DNA of 64,000 nt from Heteronotia binoei (lineage: Eukaryota): positions 99,138,001 to 99,202,000 of the forward strand of contig NC_083230.1 in NCBI RefSeq assembly GCF_032191835.1, in the 5' to 3' direction. This document shows, one piece after another, positions 49,118 through 60,598 of the stretch (within the stretch, counting starts at the first letter, position 1; every line of letters begins with the position of its first letter). Position numbers and translations under genes: made by a program. The notes under the pieces were generated by a model that made no database searches, was not told the DNA's origin, and saw only the letters and a list, made by a program, of their open reading frames with translations.

Positions 49118-50728
49118 TACTAATATCTGGAATACTTGTACTGCATCTGAAGAAGGCCAGAGCAGGGCAGTTTTCACTTTTAGTGCTAATGCAAAAGTTA
49201 ACATGACATTGAAAGAGAAGCCAGAGACTGAACACCAAAACCTAGGCCTCCAGAAGAGGCATTGAAAGTGACACATGCAGACCTGAAGCTACCCTAAAAC
49301 ATACTGAGCTGAAGCTAGCCTTTTAAAACTGCATTTTGATTCCATGGAGTGGTGAGAAACTATAAGTGTTGTCAGTATTTGTTATCTCTACAGATTCTAT
49401 AGTTCAAGGTGAGATTTTTGTTACTTGAGCTACAAAATTCCTCTTTTATTAGTCAATGCCTGAGAAGAGTAATTATTCAGTAGCTCTTCTTTTAATTATA
49501 CCCAGACTTTCAAGGTTGGCTATCTAGAGCTTCATTACAAACAAGTACATGCAGGGTCACTGAGATTCTGTTCACTGAAAGATTAGGGAGAGGAAAATGC
49601 AGAATATCCATCACTTTGATGAAACAGTTGATTGAAATTCACCCTCACAAACAACCAATATGTAATGTCTTTGGAAGAACGCATATTAATGGGATCTTTC
49701 AACTTGATTGCAGTTAAGAGAATGGCACTAGGCAATGTTTCCAAAGCAAAATCTATTGCCGAAGACTTTATAACACCAATCACAATGCATGATGTGTAAC
49801 ACAAATTTAATTTATTTCATTTCTATGGATGTCAGTACTCTCTCTCCTTCAGCAGTAGCAGTGAAATGGAGAAATAGAATGCCCGGCGGTGTGGGAGGTT
49901 ACAGAAGATGCTATAAACATTTAAGGGTGGGGGGGGGGGTTAAATTCTCATTTCATGTTGTCTTGAACACTGTGTTAAGTTATATATTTTCTTTGAGAAA
50001 GACAGCTGATTTAACATAGTAGCAAAGGCAAACGTGTTCAGTGGGATGGAAAATACCTACTGCACTGCAGTGGAAAGAAACCTCTCAACTGTCTGCCATT
50101 CTAAATTTGGTCAAGTTATTCAAATTCCATTTTAAAACAAGACCAAAGCCTTGTTGCTTGAGCAAAACTTGTTTCTTGATAGACATTTATTTATACACCA
50201 TGTTTCTCCCCACTGCAGACCTGAAGTAGCTTACAAAAACCAGAAATATGTAATTTTTTAAAAAAATAAAAGCATATGTATGTTTTTAACACTATGCAGA
50301 TAATGTGGTTTTAACAGTCATGGACCCTCAAAAATCACTATGGTGTATAGTGGAACATATGGAAGAATTTGGATCATTTTCAAGATACAAAATCAATAGG
50401 AAAAAGGCAAAAAATGATTTTAAAAATTAACGCAACAAGAAGTATTATAAAGAGTCCAGAATGCATAGTAAGCAATGACCCCATCAGATATTTAGGGATA
50501 AATGTGACTGGGTAAAATTGTAATCTTTTCAAAAATAACTACTAGAAAATTTGGAAAATTATACAAGCAGACTTATCTAGATGGAAAAAATAAAATAAAT
50601 CCATGGCATCAAAATGAATGTACTGCTGAAACTAAATTTCTTATTTCAAATATTATCTATACATAGAGAAGAAAAGAGATAGAACGAGTAGCAGATGCCT
50701 ATAAAAGATTATTTGGAATTGTTAGAAA

Positions 50729-51392
50729 TAGGGTTGCCAAGTCCAATTGAAGAAATATCTGGAGACTTTGGGGGTGGAGCCAGGAGACATTGGGGGCGGA
50801 GCCAGGAACAAGGGTGTGACAAGCATAATTGAACTCCAAGGGAGCTCTGGGTATCACATTTAAAGGGACAGCACAGTCTTCCTTCCATAGGAAATAATGA
50901 AGGATAGGGGCACCTTCTTTTGGGGCTGATAGAATTGGACCCGCTGGTTCAATCGTTCTGAAACTTGGGGGGTACTTTGGTGAGAGGCACTAGATACTAT
51001 ACTGAAAATTTGGTGCCTCTACCTCAAAAAAACAGCTTCCCTAGAGCCCCCAAAACCTCCAGATCAATTCTCCATTATACCCTATGACAATCGATCTCCA
51101 CATAGGGAATAATGAAGTGCTCAGCAGTTTCCCTCTCCCCCCCTCCCCGCCACTTTTCTGGTGACTCTGAAGCGAGGGATTGGCCTCTCTACTCACGAGT
51201 TGCTGCCAACTTCTTCAGTCACACAGACACACCATCTCAAGAGGAAGCCTTTCAAGAGGAAGCCTCCAGAGGTGGAAAGGCACATGGTCCTCTGGGGGCG
51301 GGGCTTCCCCTAGCCAGCCAGCTGACTGGGGGCGGGAAGAAGCCTGGGAAAGTGGAAGAACCCCTGCTGGGACCTGGGGTTTGGCAAGCCTA
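50729..51392. mobile_element. Long hAT-type non-autonomous element (664 bp)
   Basis: TAGGGTTGCCAA...TTGGCAAGCCTA with a perfect 8-bp TSD GTTAGAAA. Confidence 0.9.
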
Positions 51393-52494
51393 GTTAGAAA
51401 CCAAGAATGAGTTTTAAAATTTTGCAAGATGAGAAAAAGAGAAGTTTAAAAACAAAATGGTAGAGGTGTGTTGCAGCCACTTCTTATGTCCACTGTGGCT
51501 GTGATAGTCAGCTTCTCAGAAGGGTGGCCTCTTCCTGGCGGTCTAGAAGCTGCTGAGAATCTTCCCCCTAATTCATCTGCATGATGGCAACAAGGCTGGA
51601 TGGCTCCTGATGGAAATGGGCAGGGACACCAGAGAAGGTTCCCTCGCTGCTCTCTGCTTTTCTACTTGAGAGAAATGTGTAAAATCACTGTCAGCACAAT
51701 TACTCCAGAAAACTTTTAAAGGCTGTAAACAGATTACTATGGCATTCTTCCTGAGTGATTGTCATTATTAAAGAGCACACTGAAATCACCTCCAGTTATC
51801 CAATCTCCCCCTGAGAACAGTATTAATAACTTTGTAATTTCCTGGTGAAACTGTTGTTGATTAGTACTTGTAATGTAAATTATATTTTGAGACACTTATT
51901 TTTTTGCCTTTTAAATATACCTTTCATAAATAAATATTTCTCCTTTCTCTGTCCTGCTTAACTCCCTTGATCTCATAATGAGCATCTTGAATATATGCCA
52001 TTCCATTTGATCTCTGATTAGAAGAAGCTGTATATAAAATATCCAACTAGCATAAATTAATAACTGACTCTGGGGATTTCTCATGGGTTTTTTGTATCAT
52101 GGTCAGCCTCTCAAGGCCAAAACTTTGTCAAGAATGGGTCATATTTGTCCCCGGAATGCAATGAAGTCCAAGTGCTGAACTTCTCCATGGATTATCTGAC
52201 ATTTGGTAATTTAGCAGTTAGACCGGTGGTCCTTGAAGCTGCCAGGACTTGCTCCAGATCACTAGTGTGATTATGCATACACTGCAGCAAAGTCCCTGGG
52301 ACTCCCCAAGACTCATTTTGTGAGGTGCTGAAAGCTAATCATTAGGGACATGTGAAAAAAATTGTAAAATTCAGATTCAGGATTATTCCATTATACCCTA
52401 TAAGCCTGAAACCTGTGCTTTTCTACACTTAACAACCTTTAATTTTTTTTTGTTTGTTTTAGGTAAGAAGGGTGTTCTGTTTTTTGAAGATTTA

Positions 52495-53552
52495 TAAACT
52501 CCCCAGAGAGCACTACGATCCAGTCCACAAAACCTTCTGGAAGTACCTGGGCCAAAAGAGGCCAGACTAAAAACAACTAGAGAACAGGCCTTCTCTATAA
52601 AAGCACCCCAATGGTGGAACCAGCTGCCGGAAGAGGTGCGGGCCCTGCGGGATCTTGGCCATGTCATGGGTGCTGGGGACCCTGCAGAGGAAGTTGAGCC
52701 TGCAGAAGAAACTGTGCCCCTGCCACCTGCACCAGTGCCCCTGCCTCCTGCTGGAGAAGATCCCAGCCCCCCTGCCTCGCCCTCTCGGGTGGCGCGTGTG
52801 CGTGACCGCCTCCGTCAGGACCTCAGGGATCGGAGGAGGGCGGCACGCTCACAAGCAAGACGCTCCCTGAGCCCTGAATTTTGAGAGGATTCTGGCCCTT
52901 CTAAGAGCAAGGATGCTTGAGTTGTAACTGGATCCTGGCTGCCTCTCTGAGCCAGCAATTAGCCCAAATGGGCAACAGCCAGCAGAGGGCTATATAGCTG
53001 TAGGCTTTGGGAGGAGGCTTCGTGGAAGCAACTAGTCATCTCCCTGACGTTCTAGCATCCACTCTGGCTTGACTTTGGTTTCTGGACTCCCTGACTTTGG
53101 CTTGTGACTTCTGGACTCCCTGACCTCGGCTTCTGGACCTCGGACCTGCGATACTTGTACAGTGATTCGGATTTGGCACCTCGGGCCCTCCTGCTTACTG
53201 GCTACAGACGTCGGACTGCCCCTGGACTTTGCCTGACCCGGCCCCAGCCATGACAGGCCAATTCCATAGGGCCTGCAAAAGTGCCCTCTTCCGGCTAGCC
53301 TTCTAAGATGGAGCTTGGAATAAACATCACGCCATCATTAACATTAACATAACTGAGATAGTAGCACTATTAGATTATATTTTTAGACTGTTTTTAGATT
53401 ATTTAAGTATTTAATTGTTAACTGTATTGAACTGTATAATCTTGTTTTATTGTTTTAATATGGCTATTGCCATATTAAAACAATAAAAGCCGCCCTGAGC
53501 CTGTCTCGGCGGGGAGGGCGGGGTATAAATAAATAAATTTTATTATTATTAT
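52495..53552 (+). mobile_element. L2-clade LINE 3' end split by an LTR
   Basis: After removing the LTR and one TSD copy, the frame reads PQRALRSSPQNLLEVPG...WWNQLPEEVRALRDLG|QFHRACKSALFRLAF*, followed by the 3' UTR and an (ATT)n tail. Confidence 0.9.
52662..53255 (+). mobile_element. Solo LTR (594 bp), Gypsy-like
   Basis: TGTCATGG...CCATGACA ends, perfect 5-bp TSD GGCCA, TATATA at about 52991, and a tandem CTGGACTCCCTGAC-type repeat block in the 3' part. Confidence 0.9.
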
Positions 53553-55202
53553 ACCAACTGTTATAGAAAATGCCTATTCTAGTTTAGAGCTGACTTCCCC
53601 CTTTGGTCTGCACAAAACCCCTGTGAGGTAGGTTAGGCTGAAAATCTGTGAGTGGTCTGAAATCACAGTGTGGACCAAACCAGGAGGGAAGCAGCCACAG
53701 CAGGGTATAATGACACAGAGTCCAGCCTGCAAAGCAGCCATTTTCTCCAGGGGAGCTGATCTCTGCCATCTGGAGAGCAGTTATAATTCTGAGTGATCTC
53801 CAGCCCTCACCTGGAAAGTGGCAACAATGATTCCCCAGGAGGAAGTGGCTGGTTTGGAGGGGGGAGTCTATGGCATTGTATCTGTCTGAGGTCCCACACC
53901 TCCTCAAAAAACCCCTCTCCATGCTCCACCGCTCAAATCTCTAGGAATTTCCCAACATGGAGCTGGCAATGCTATCTCCTTCCCAGCAGCAGTAACAACG
54001 TTCTGTAGCCAACCATGGAAAGAATGCACTCCCTGAATTTTGGGTTTCTATGTCCAGGGGTTTGGGCTGGATGTGGATGAGTTAGACAGGACACCTGTTC
54101 AACTATCTGCAGTCTCCATTAACAGATTTTTACCTCAGAACACAGAGCTACACAGCTGACCAATCAGAGAGAGGGATGTGGAAGCTGGCAGCAGCCTGCC
54201 AGCCACACAACACAGCCTTGACCCTATGCAAAAACTCATTTTACCCCTTTTCACCCCTTGGGGGTGGGATTTCTAAAAATCCTTTCTTAGTGGAAGCTTA
54301 CATCATGGAAGGATGAATTTTGGGTTTTTAGGTCCAGAGATTTGGGCTGGGTGTTGATGAGTCAGTCAAAAGACTTGCTTTTATATATATAGATGGATCA
54401 TTGAAGGCAATGGCAAAATAGAGTATAATGAATGGTGGCTGGAAGGGAGGGAGTTTGAGGGAGAGGCACTAAATTTTCAGGGCAGCTGCAGGAGTCTCTC
54501 CCTTACAAAAACCAGAGGATCCAATTCTAGGGGCACCCAAAGAAGGTGCCCCCATCCCACCATTGTTCCTTATGGACTATTGAAGTCGGTGGCAAAACAT
54601 AGGGTATAATCTGGGGGCTGGAGGGGAGGGGGGTTTGATGAAGAGGCACCAAATTTGCCATGTAGCTGCAGGAGCCTCTCCCCAGAGAACCCACAAGTTC
54701 CAAAGAGATGGGACCAGGGGTTCCCATTCTATGGGATCCCAAAGTGGTTGCCCTCTTTCCCCATTGCCTCCTATGATAGGTAAAACTTGCAAACACAGGC
54801 AGCAGTCAGATTCTCCTAGAGCAGGGTTTCCCAAACTTTCCCCACTCCCGGCCTGATTATATTTACACTTCTCCTTCATGGTCCACTAAAATTTGGGGGT
54901 GGAGCCAGGAGACAGGAAATGATGTACAAACAAGCCTAAAACTCTTGCAATATTTTGTTTAGGAAAGGTAGGAGAATAGTGAAATTTTGCAATGCAATTT
55001 TAAAAATAAAACATCAAGAAAAAGCACAAGGATCACACAGCAGAAAACTAAAAATATAAAATGCTGTCTGCCTGGGAAAACATGAAATGGCAGGAAGAAG
55101 CTTTTCCTTCCCCCCCCCTCCCCCGCCCCTGCTCAGGTCTACTCAGATAGCAATGGGAAGGAAGGGAGGGAGGGAGAGAGAAGACAGGTTAAAAGACTGA
55201 CA

Positions 55203-55203
55203 C

Positions 55204-55286
<83 letters not shown>

Positions 55287-55287
55287 A
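55203..55287. repeat. (GAAA)n microsatellite
   Basis: Direct read, about 21 units. It explains the low-complexity ORFs here. Confidence 0.97.
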
Positions 55288-55681
55288 ATGGCAGGGCATT
55301 TCAAGCTTCTTCTCCCCACCCCCACTCAGATTAGCAATGGCAAGGAAGGAAGGAGACAGGGTAAAAGACTGAGAGAAAAAGAAAGAGGAAGGGGAGTGGA
55401 AAATAAAGCAAATAGGGAAAAAGAAAGACAGATAGAAAGAATGAATGAGTGTGGAAGTGGGAAAGAAAAGAAAAAAATAGGAAGGAAGGAAAAGGGATGG
55501 AAAAAAGTGAAAGAAAGGAGGGACAAAAGGAAGAAAGAAAAAGAAAAGAAAAACAGAAAGAAACGGGATGGGAGCAACTCACCTTTTAAACTGCTGACTC
55601 TTGTGGCACAGCTGACTCTTGCCACGCAAGCATGGCTGGGTCCCCTGACCTCCACTGGCCAGGGAAAGTCAGGCCTAGTTT

Positions 55682-56016
55682 CCCCACACACACTCCTCCT
55701 CTCTCCCTTCCTCACTGCAGGTCAATTTCAGGCTGTGTAAAGGGCACCCCAGCCAATCACCTGATCAACAGGGAAAACCACTGTGAGTACTCAGCAATGG
55801 GACAGATCAGCAGTAGTTTGAATGAACTGCGTTGTGAAAGGGTGTCGCGGCTGCTCCTTCCTCCATACTTCCTGGATGGGAAGGAAGTGCGGAGGAGGGA
55901 GTAGCCGCGGCGCCCTTTTCCGACCAAGGGGCGGGGGATGATCGGCAGGAGGGGCATCTTTACACAGCCTGAAAATGACCTGCAGTGGGGAAGGGAGGGA
56001 AGAAAAGGTGCGGGGG
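55682..56016. repeat. Long inverted repeat (about 80-bp arms), probable MITE
   Basis: CCTTCCTCACTGCAGGTCAATTTCAGGCTGTGTAAAG (55706-55742) pairs with CTTTACACAGCCTGAAAATGACCTGCAGTGGGGAAGG (about 55958-55994). Confidence 0.75.
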
Positions 56017-56749
56017 TGCAAAGCCGTGGGGGAGACCATTGACGAGAGGCACTGCGACCTGGCATTGAGGCCCACATGGCCCAGTGCAGGGTCACGACCC
56101 TGCCTTTGGGAAATGCTGTCCTGGAGAATATCTGCAGTGGAAAGTCAACTGTGGTGAGGGTACTTATTCTCAAGGAGCATAACAGTGCTATGTGCCCAGA
56201 AGAACAAGTGCCACCATGGCAGTTCCAGTGCAACACATAGGACCTTAGTTCAAATCTGAGAATCTCTCTGAATTACAAATCTAGGGGTGCTTTCTGCAGC
56301 ACAGAAAGAATGAACAGAAAGGTTTTAAGCAGCAGAGCCCTGTGCCAACCTAGTGACCAGTCCAGTGGTGCAATCCTACCAACTACTGCCCAGCAGCTGA
56401 ACCTAGTGCCCTTGTGGCCTGGATATACCAAAAGATTAATGGACACAAATCTGAAATCAAGATTCACAAAGCTGAGCAACCCGTTTTACTGCAACATAAT
56501 TTCAGGAACAGACTGGAACAGAAGATTGCTGAATTACAATAATTACAAAACTCAGGACAATGGAACCACCAGGGCCCAACAGAGATACTGGCTTCTCATC
56601 TCACTACCCTGCCTTGAGTTTTGTAAAACATTCATACAGTGCAGATGCTTTACCAACCAGCATCGTCCTCATCATGTCAGAATTCAATTTCTACTTATTC
56701 TCTCTTAGCCATTTTACCATTGGCCCAGGACAGAGACAGCAGCATTTAG

Positions 56750-57560
56750 TGGTTTATTTAGTGATACGTAAAGCTGGGTATTGTCAGCAAACAAGGAGCA
56801 ACCAATCCCAAAACTGTGGATGTTTTCATTAAGGAGTCTTGGCTATGTAAAATAACTTTGGGGAGAGAACAGAACCTTGTGGGACTCCCCATAGTAAATT
56901 CCATGGAACTGACCTAATCTCTTCCCATTACCCTCTGCTTCCAGTCAAGCAAAAAGATTCAAACCACTTCAGAGCTATACTTCCAGATCCTACATCAGAT
57001 CTTAAACACTCTAACATTAGTAAACGATCAACTGTATTATCAAACATGGTTGACAGATCCAGAAGGTCCAGCAGGAAGACATTTCCTCTTAACAAAGAGT
57101 ATATGCCAACACAGCTATCTTCATTCCAAAACCAAGTCTAAAAATAGATTGAACTGGGTTAAGGGCAGATGTGTCATCTAGATACTGCTGTAGCTGCTTG
57201 GCTACCACCTGTTTCAAAAAGAGCAGATTGAAAATGGTCTATAATTAGACAACATTGGAGAATTGAGCGCAGGTTTTTCAACAAAGGTTGAACCACAGTC
57301 CCTTTTAAGACTTTGGTGGAAAATTCCCTTGAACAGAGAGGAATTCAAAAACCTCTATATTTCTAGAAGTAGTGACTCCTTAAGATTTCACACATCACCA
57401 CTGGCTCGTTCAAGGCAATTGGAACTGCACCCTACCCCCAGATAGGCATTTATTATCACCTGGATCTACTCAACCAGCCAAGCCCAGCACAATTAGTCCT
57501 TTGACTCATATCTCTGGCAAACTGGCTTGTTTTACAAGTACCTCTTTAAAAGGGAAGGTA
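56750..57560 (-). mobile_element. Old L2-clade RT fragment
   Basis: Minus-strand remnants LLDLSTMFD, GVPQGSVLSP and FADNTQLYVS. Confidence 0.75.
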
Positions 57561-57594
57561 TTCAGTCCCACCTGATCTTACAGATGGTCTAGGT

Positions 57595-57695
57595 CAGGGG
57601 TGGGGAACAGTGGCTCTCCAGATGCTTTTTGCCTACAACTCCCACTGAGAGTTGTAGGCAAAAAACATCTGGAGAGCCACTGTTCCCCACCCCTG
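57595..57695. mobile_element. 101-bp near-perfect hairpin hAT-type MITE
   Basis: 47-bp arms with one mismatch, a 7-nt loop, and a perfect 8-bp TSD GTCTAGGT. Confidence 0.92.
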
Positions 57696-59282
57696 GTCTA
57701 GGTGTTGCCATTTTCACTTCCTTCCCCTTGCTGCCACCTGCACCACCAATATATAGTGGGTATAGATGTGCATTAGAATTCTAATATGATTAAAATATCT
57801 CAGCACATTCCTGTTATTTGGTGCTTAGTTCAGCCATTTAGTTTAGATGGACTAGTTTATAGCCGAGGCTCAAATAAATTTGTTAAGACTATGGTGAATC
57901 TTTTCACAGAGTCAAATTACATAATATTATTGATGAAGACTGATGAATTTATGATCTGCTTATTCACTAATGATTAGATTTATTGAATATTAATGTAGCT
58001 ATTGAAAAATTAATGCCTGGCAGGATCATTGAGTTTGCCATTCATCCTCAGTTTTGATATACTAAGAAATCAGCTTACACCAAAGGAATCAAATTAATAG
58101 AGTAATTTTATGATTTAGAGGAAGATAACATATCAAGCTGAAACGTAATCTGAATTATTATTCTAACAGTTATTGGTAGTGAATTTGCTGTGTTTAATTG
58201 TATTTGGGCTTGTAGAACTAGACGATAATGATTCATGGAGAGACAGGAAAACCAATTTAAGAGAATACACTTAGAGAAGATGGCTGAAAGAAATGAAATA
58301 ACAATCAGGAATAGGAGAAAGGCAAAAGATGCTAAGGCTGGAAGTAATAAGAGAGGTTTACAAGTTTAATCTTCGCAAAGAAATCAGCAGAGCTTTCAGA
58401 GTTGGGATAAATGCTGAGGAAAAGTGGATGGAAGTTGAAGATAAAAAGAAAGATAAGATGAATGTGGTAAATGAAAACTATGAAGTCAAATTTTATTCTC
58501 TTTCCAGTTCTCTAAACTTGGTAACCATGGAAATGAAAAAGAAGAAACCAGAACAAAGACATGTAAAGTGGACAAGTGAAAGCCAAAAAAAATCCCCAAA
58601 AAACTAAAGCAACCAGATAAACCTAAATAAAAAAAAAATGAAGATTTAGTGGATTAACAGCACTATCCTAAAAACACTTTTTTGGCAGTAATCTCCATCG
58701 AACAGATTTCAATAGGATTCTGAGTAGACCTGTATAGGTTTGCAGTGTACTGTACATTAAAAATGCAATTGACATATTTGCCATTGGAAATACATATGAA
58801 ATAAGAATAAAAAGTGCATCTAGAGTATTTTAGCGGGGGGATACAAATATTAATTTAGCCCTTTTGTTGTAGAGGACACATTATCTAGATGAAAACACTT
58901 TTAAATTCTTAATTGCAAGATTGAGAGGATCTGGTAAATCATCCATAAATAATAGTCTAGAACTGGCATTGGTTGGGTGGGTCTGCTAATTGTACAAAAA
59001 AACCCTTTACATTCACACTTAATCTTGTTACAGGATTATTTTTAGGGTTTCACTTTTCATTTCTCTTAGATTTTTGTGTAGCCTAGCCATCAGGCACTGA
59101 TGGTTAATCAATGATCCTAGAGCTAGTAAAAAAGGTGACACCTACCAGGTGAGAAGAAACAGTTTTTCATTGTCAGTTTTAGGAAAAGGAGGAAAATTAA
59201 TCTCTGTGTGCTGACTTGAAATAGCTATGGAAATAGCCAAAGATATACCGTTGTTATTGAAGAATTGCTGCTTTAATAGATA

Positions 59283-59660
59283 CAGGTGGGTAGCCATGTT
59301 GGTCTGAAGCAGCAAAACAAAGTTTGCGTCCAGTGGCACCTTTAAGACTCAAGAATTTTTATTCAAGGTATAAGCTTTTGTGCACAAGCACACTTCGGAT
59401 ACAATGAAATGGAAATTACCAATCCATACGTATAGGTAGAGGGTGAGCAGTAAATTTGCATAATGAAGATGTTTAACTGATTCAAGGATCAAACAGGAAT
59501 AAAAAGCTTAATATATAGGGTTACCATTTGTTTGGGTTTAATTTGGGGGGGGGGGGAGCATAGTGAAGGAAATATATATATTTCAAAATTGGAGACAGAT
59601 GGGCAGACACATCCTTAATTGTGGAATGCTGAGAGTAATTAACGGAGACCCTGTTGTTCA
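59283..59660 (-). mobile_element. Penelope terminus remnant
   Basis: CAGTGGCACCTTTAAGAC...GGTATAAGCTTTTGTGCAC signature. The hammerhead core is partly deleted. Confidence 0.7.
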
Positions 59661-60114
59661 CTGGTCTGGGGACCGGGGATAGAACTTTAGACAGCCAATC
59701 TCCCCACTCACCGAAACAAACAATACTTAGACAATATCACTGAATCTTTTAAGCATGAAAAAGTCAGTAACACCATATACAAAGATAAAATGAATGAAGA
59801 TGCAGCTATAAAAGTCCGTATGCAATAGCTCTGCCCCCGGCTGCTTTCCAGTCATTAAACGTTAGCAGTTGTTTCTCCTGATGCAAGTGCAGCTCCATAG
59901 CTCACAGCTATCCCAATCCAATCATGACTTAAAATTTACTAGAATTAATTAGAATTAAATAGAAGTCTTTAATTGGCCGCACCCATGTCTGATAGGAGAT
60001 TGGTTGAAAAAGGTCTAATTTTCATTTTACTTCATTTTATCTTTGGATACCTTTCATAATCAGGAACCATATTTAAGGCTATCATTGCCTCCATTTTTTA
60101 ATTTTTTTATAACA

Positions 60115-60205
60115 TCTACCTGATGAAAACTTCTGGTGAGCTCAGAAGCCTGCATCATGACTCAGGTCATTTAGGTTGGTCCCAATTAAAATATTACAAG
60201 GATTT
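60115..60205 (+). mobile_element. Degenerate Penelope terminus of a second subfamily
   Basis: CTGATGA(60120)...GAGCTCAGAAGCCTGCA...GGTTGGTCCCAATTAAAATATTAC follows the pLTR layout. Confidence 0.5.
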
Positions 60206-60437
60206 TTTTTTCTTTTTGCAATTTTTTGTTGAGAATTTTTTACCCCCAATGTCAATTAACATCTTAACTTATGTTGAAATAAAGATTTACAGAATTCTAA
60301 AACATCTTTTGAATCATGCCAGCTTGTTTACAAGGCAGAGACTTTTTTGAATTCGTTTGGTGGCTTTGATTATTAATTTTACTCTATATGAATAAAAACA
60401 AGTATGAAAAACTAGTAATTAATAAATTGGTGTTAAT

Positions 60438-60598
60438 GAACATAGAATCAGAGAGTTGGAAGGGCCATATAGGCCATCTAGTCCAACCCCCTACTCAGCA
60501 CAGGATAAGCCTAAAGCATACCTGACAAGTGTTTGTCTAGATGCCATTAAGTGGGAACTCACCACCTCTCTAGGCAGCCAGTTCCATGGCTGAACTAT
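60438..60598 (-). mobile_element. CR1 3' end, different subfamily
   Basis: CATAGAATCAGAGAGTTGGAAGGG...TCTAGTCCAACCCC and GGCAGCCAGTTCCA. Confidence 0.75.

Noticed and set aside
55288-55740. ORFs of 129-150 aa (Lys/Arg/Glu-rich and Phe/Ser/Leu-rich)
   Set aside because: Products of purine-rich low-complexity sequence next to the (GAAA)n run.
58230-58640. Purine-rich ORF 58329-58607 as a host exon
   Set aside because: No recognisable domain or splice support. It is more likely a decayed L1-type ORF1 or 3' remnant, which I also cannot confirm.
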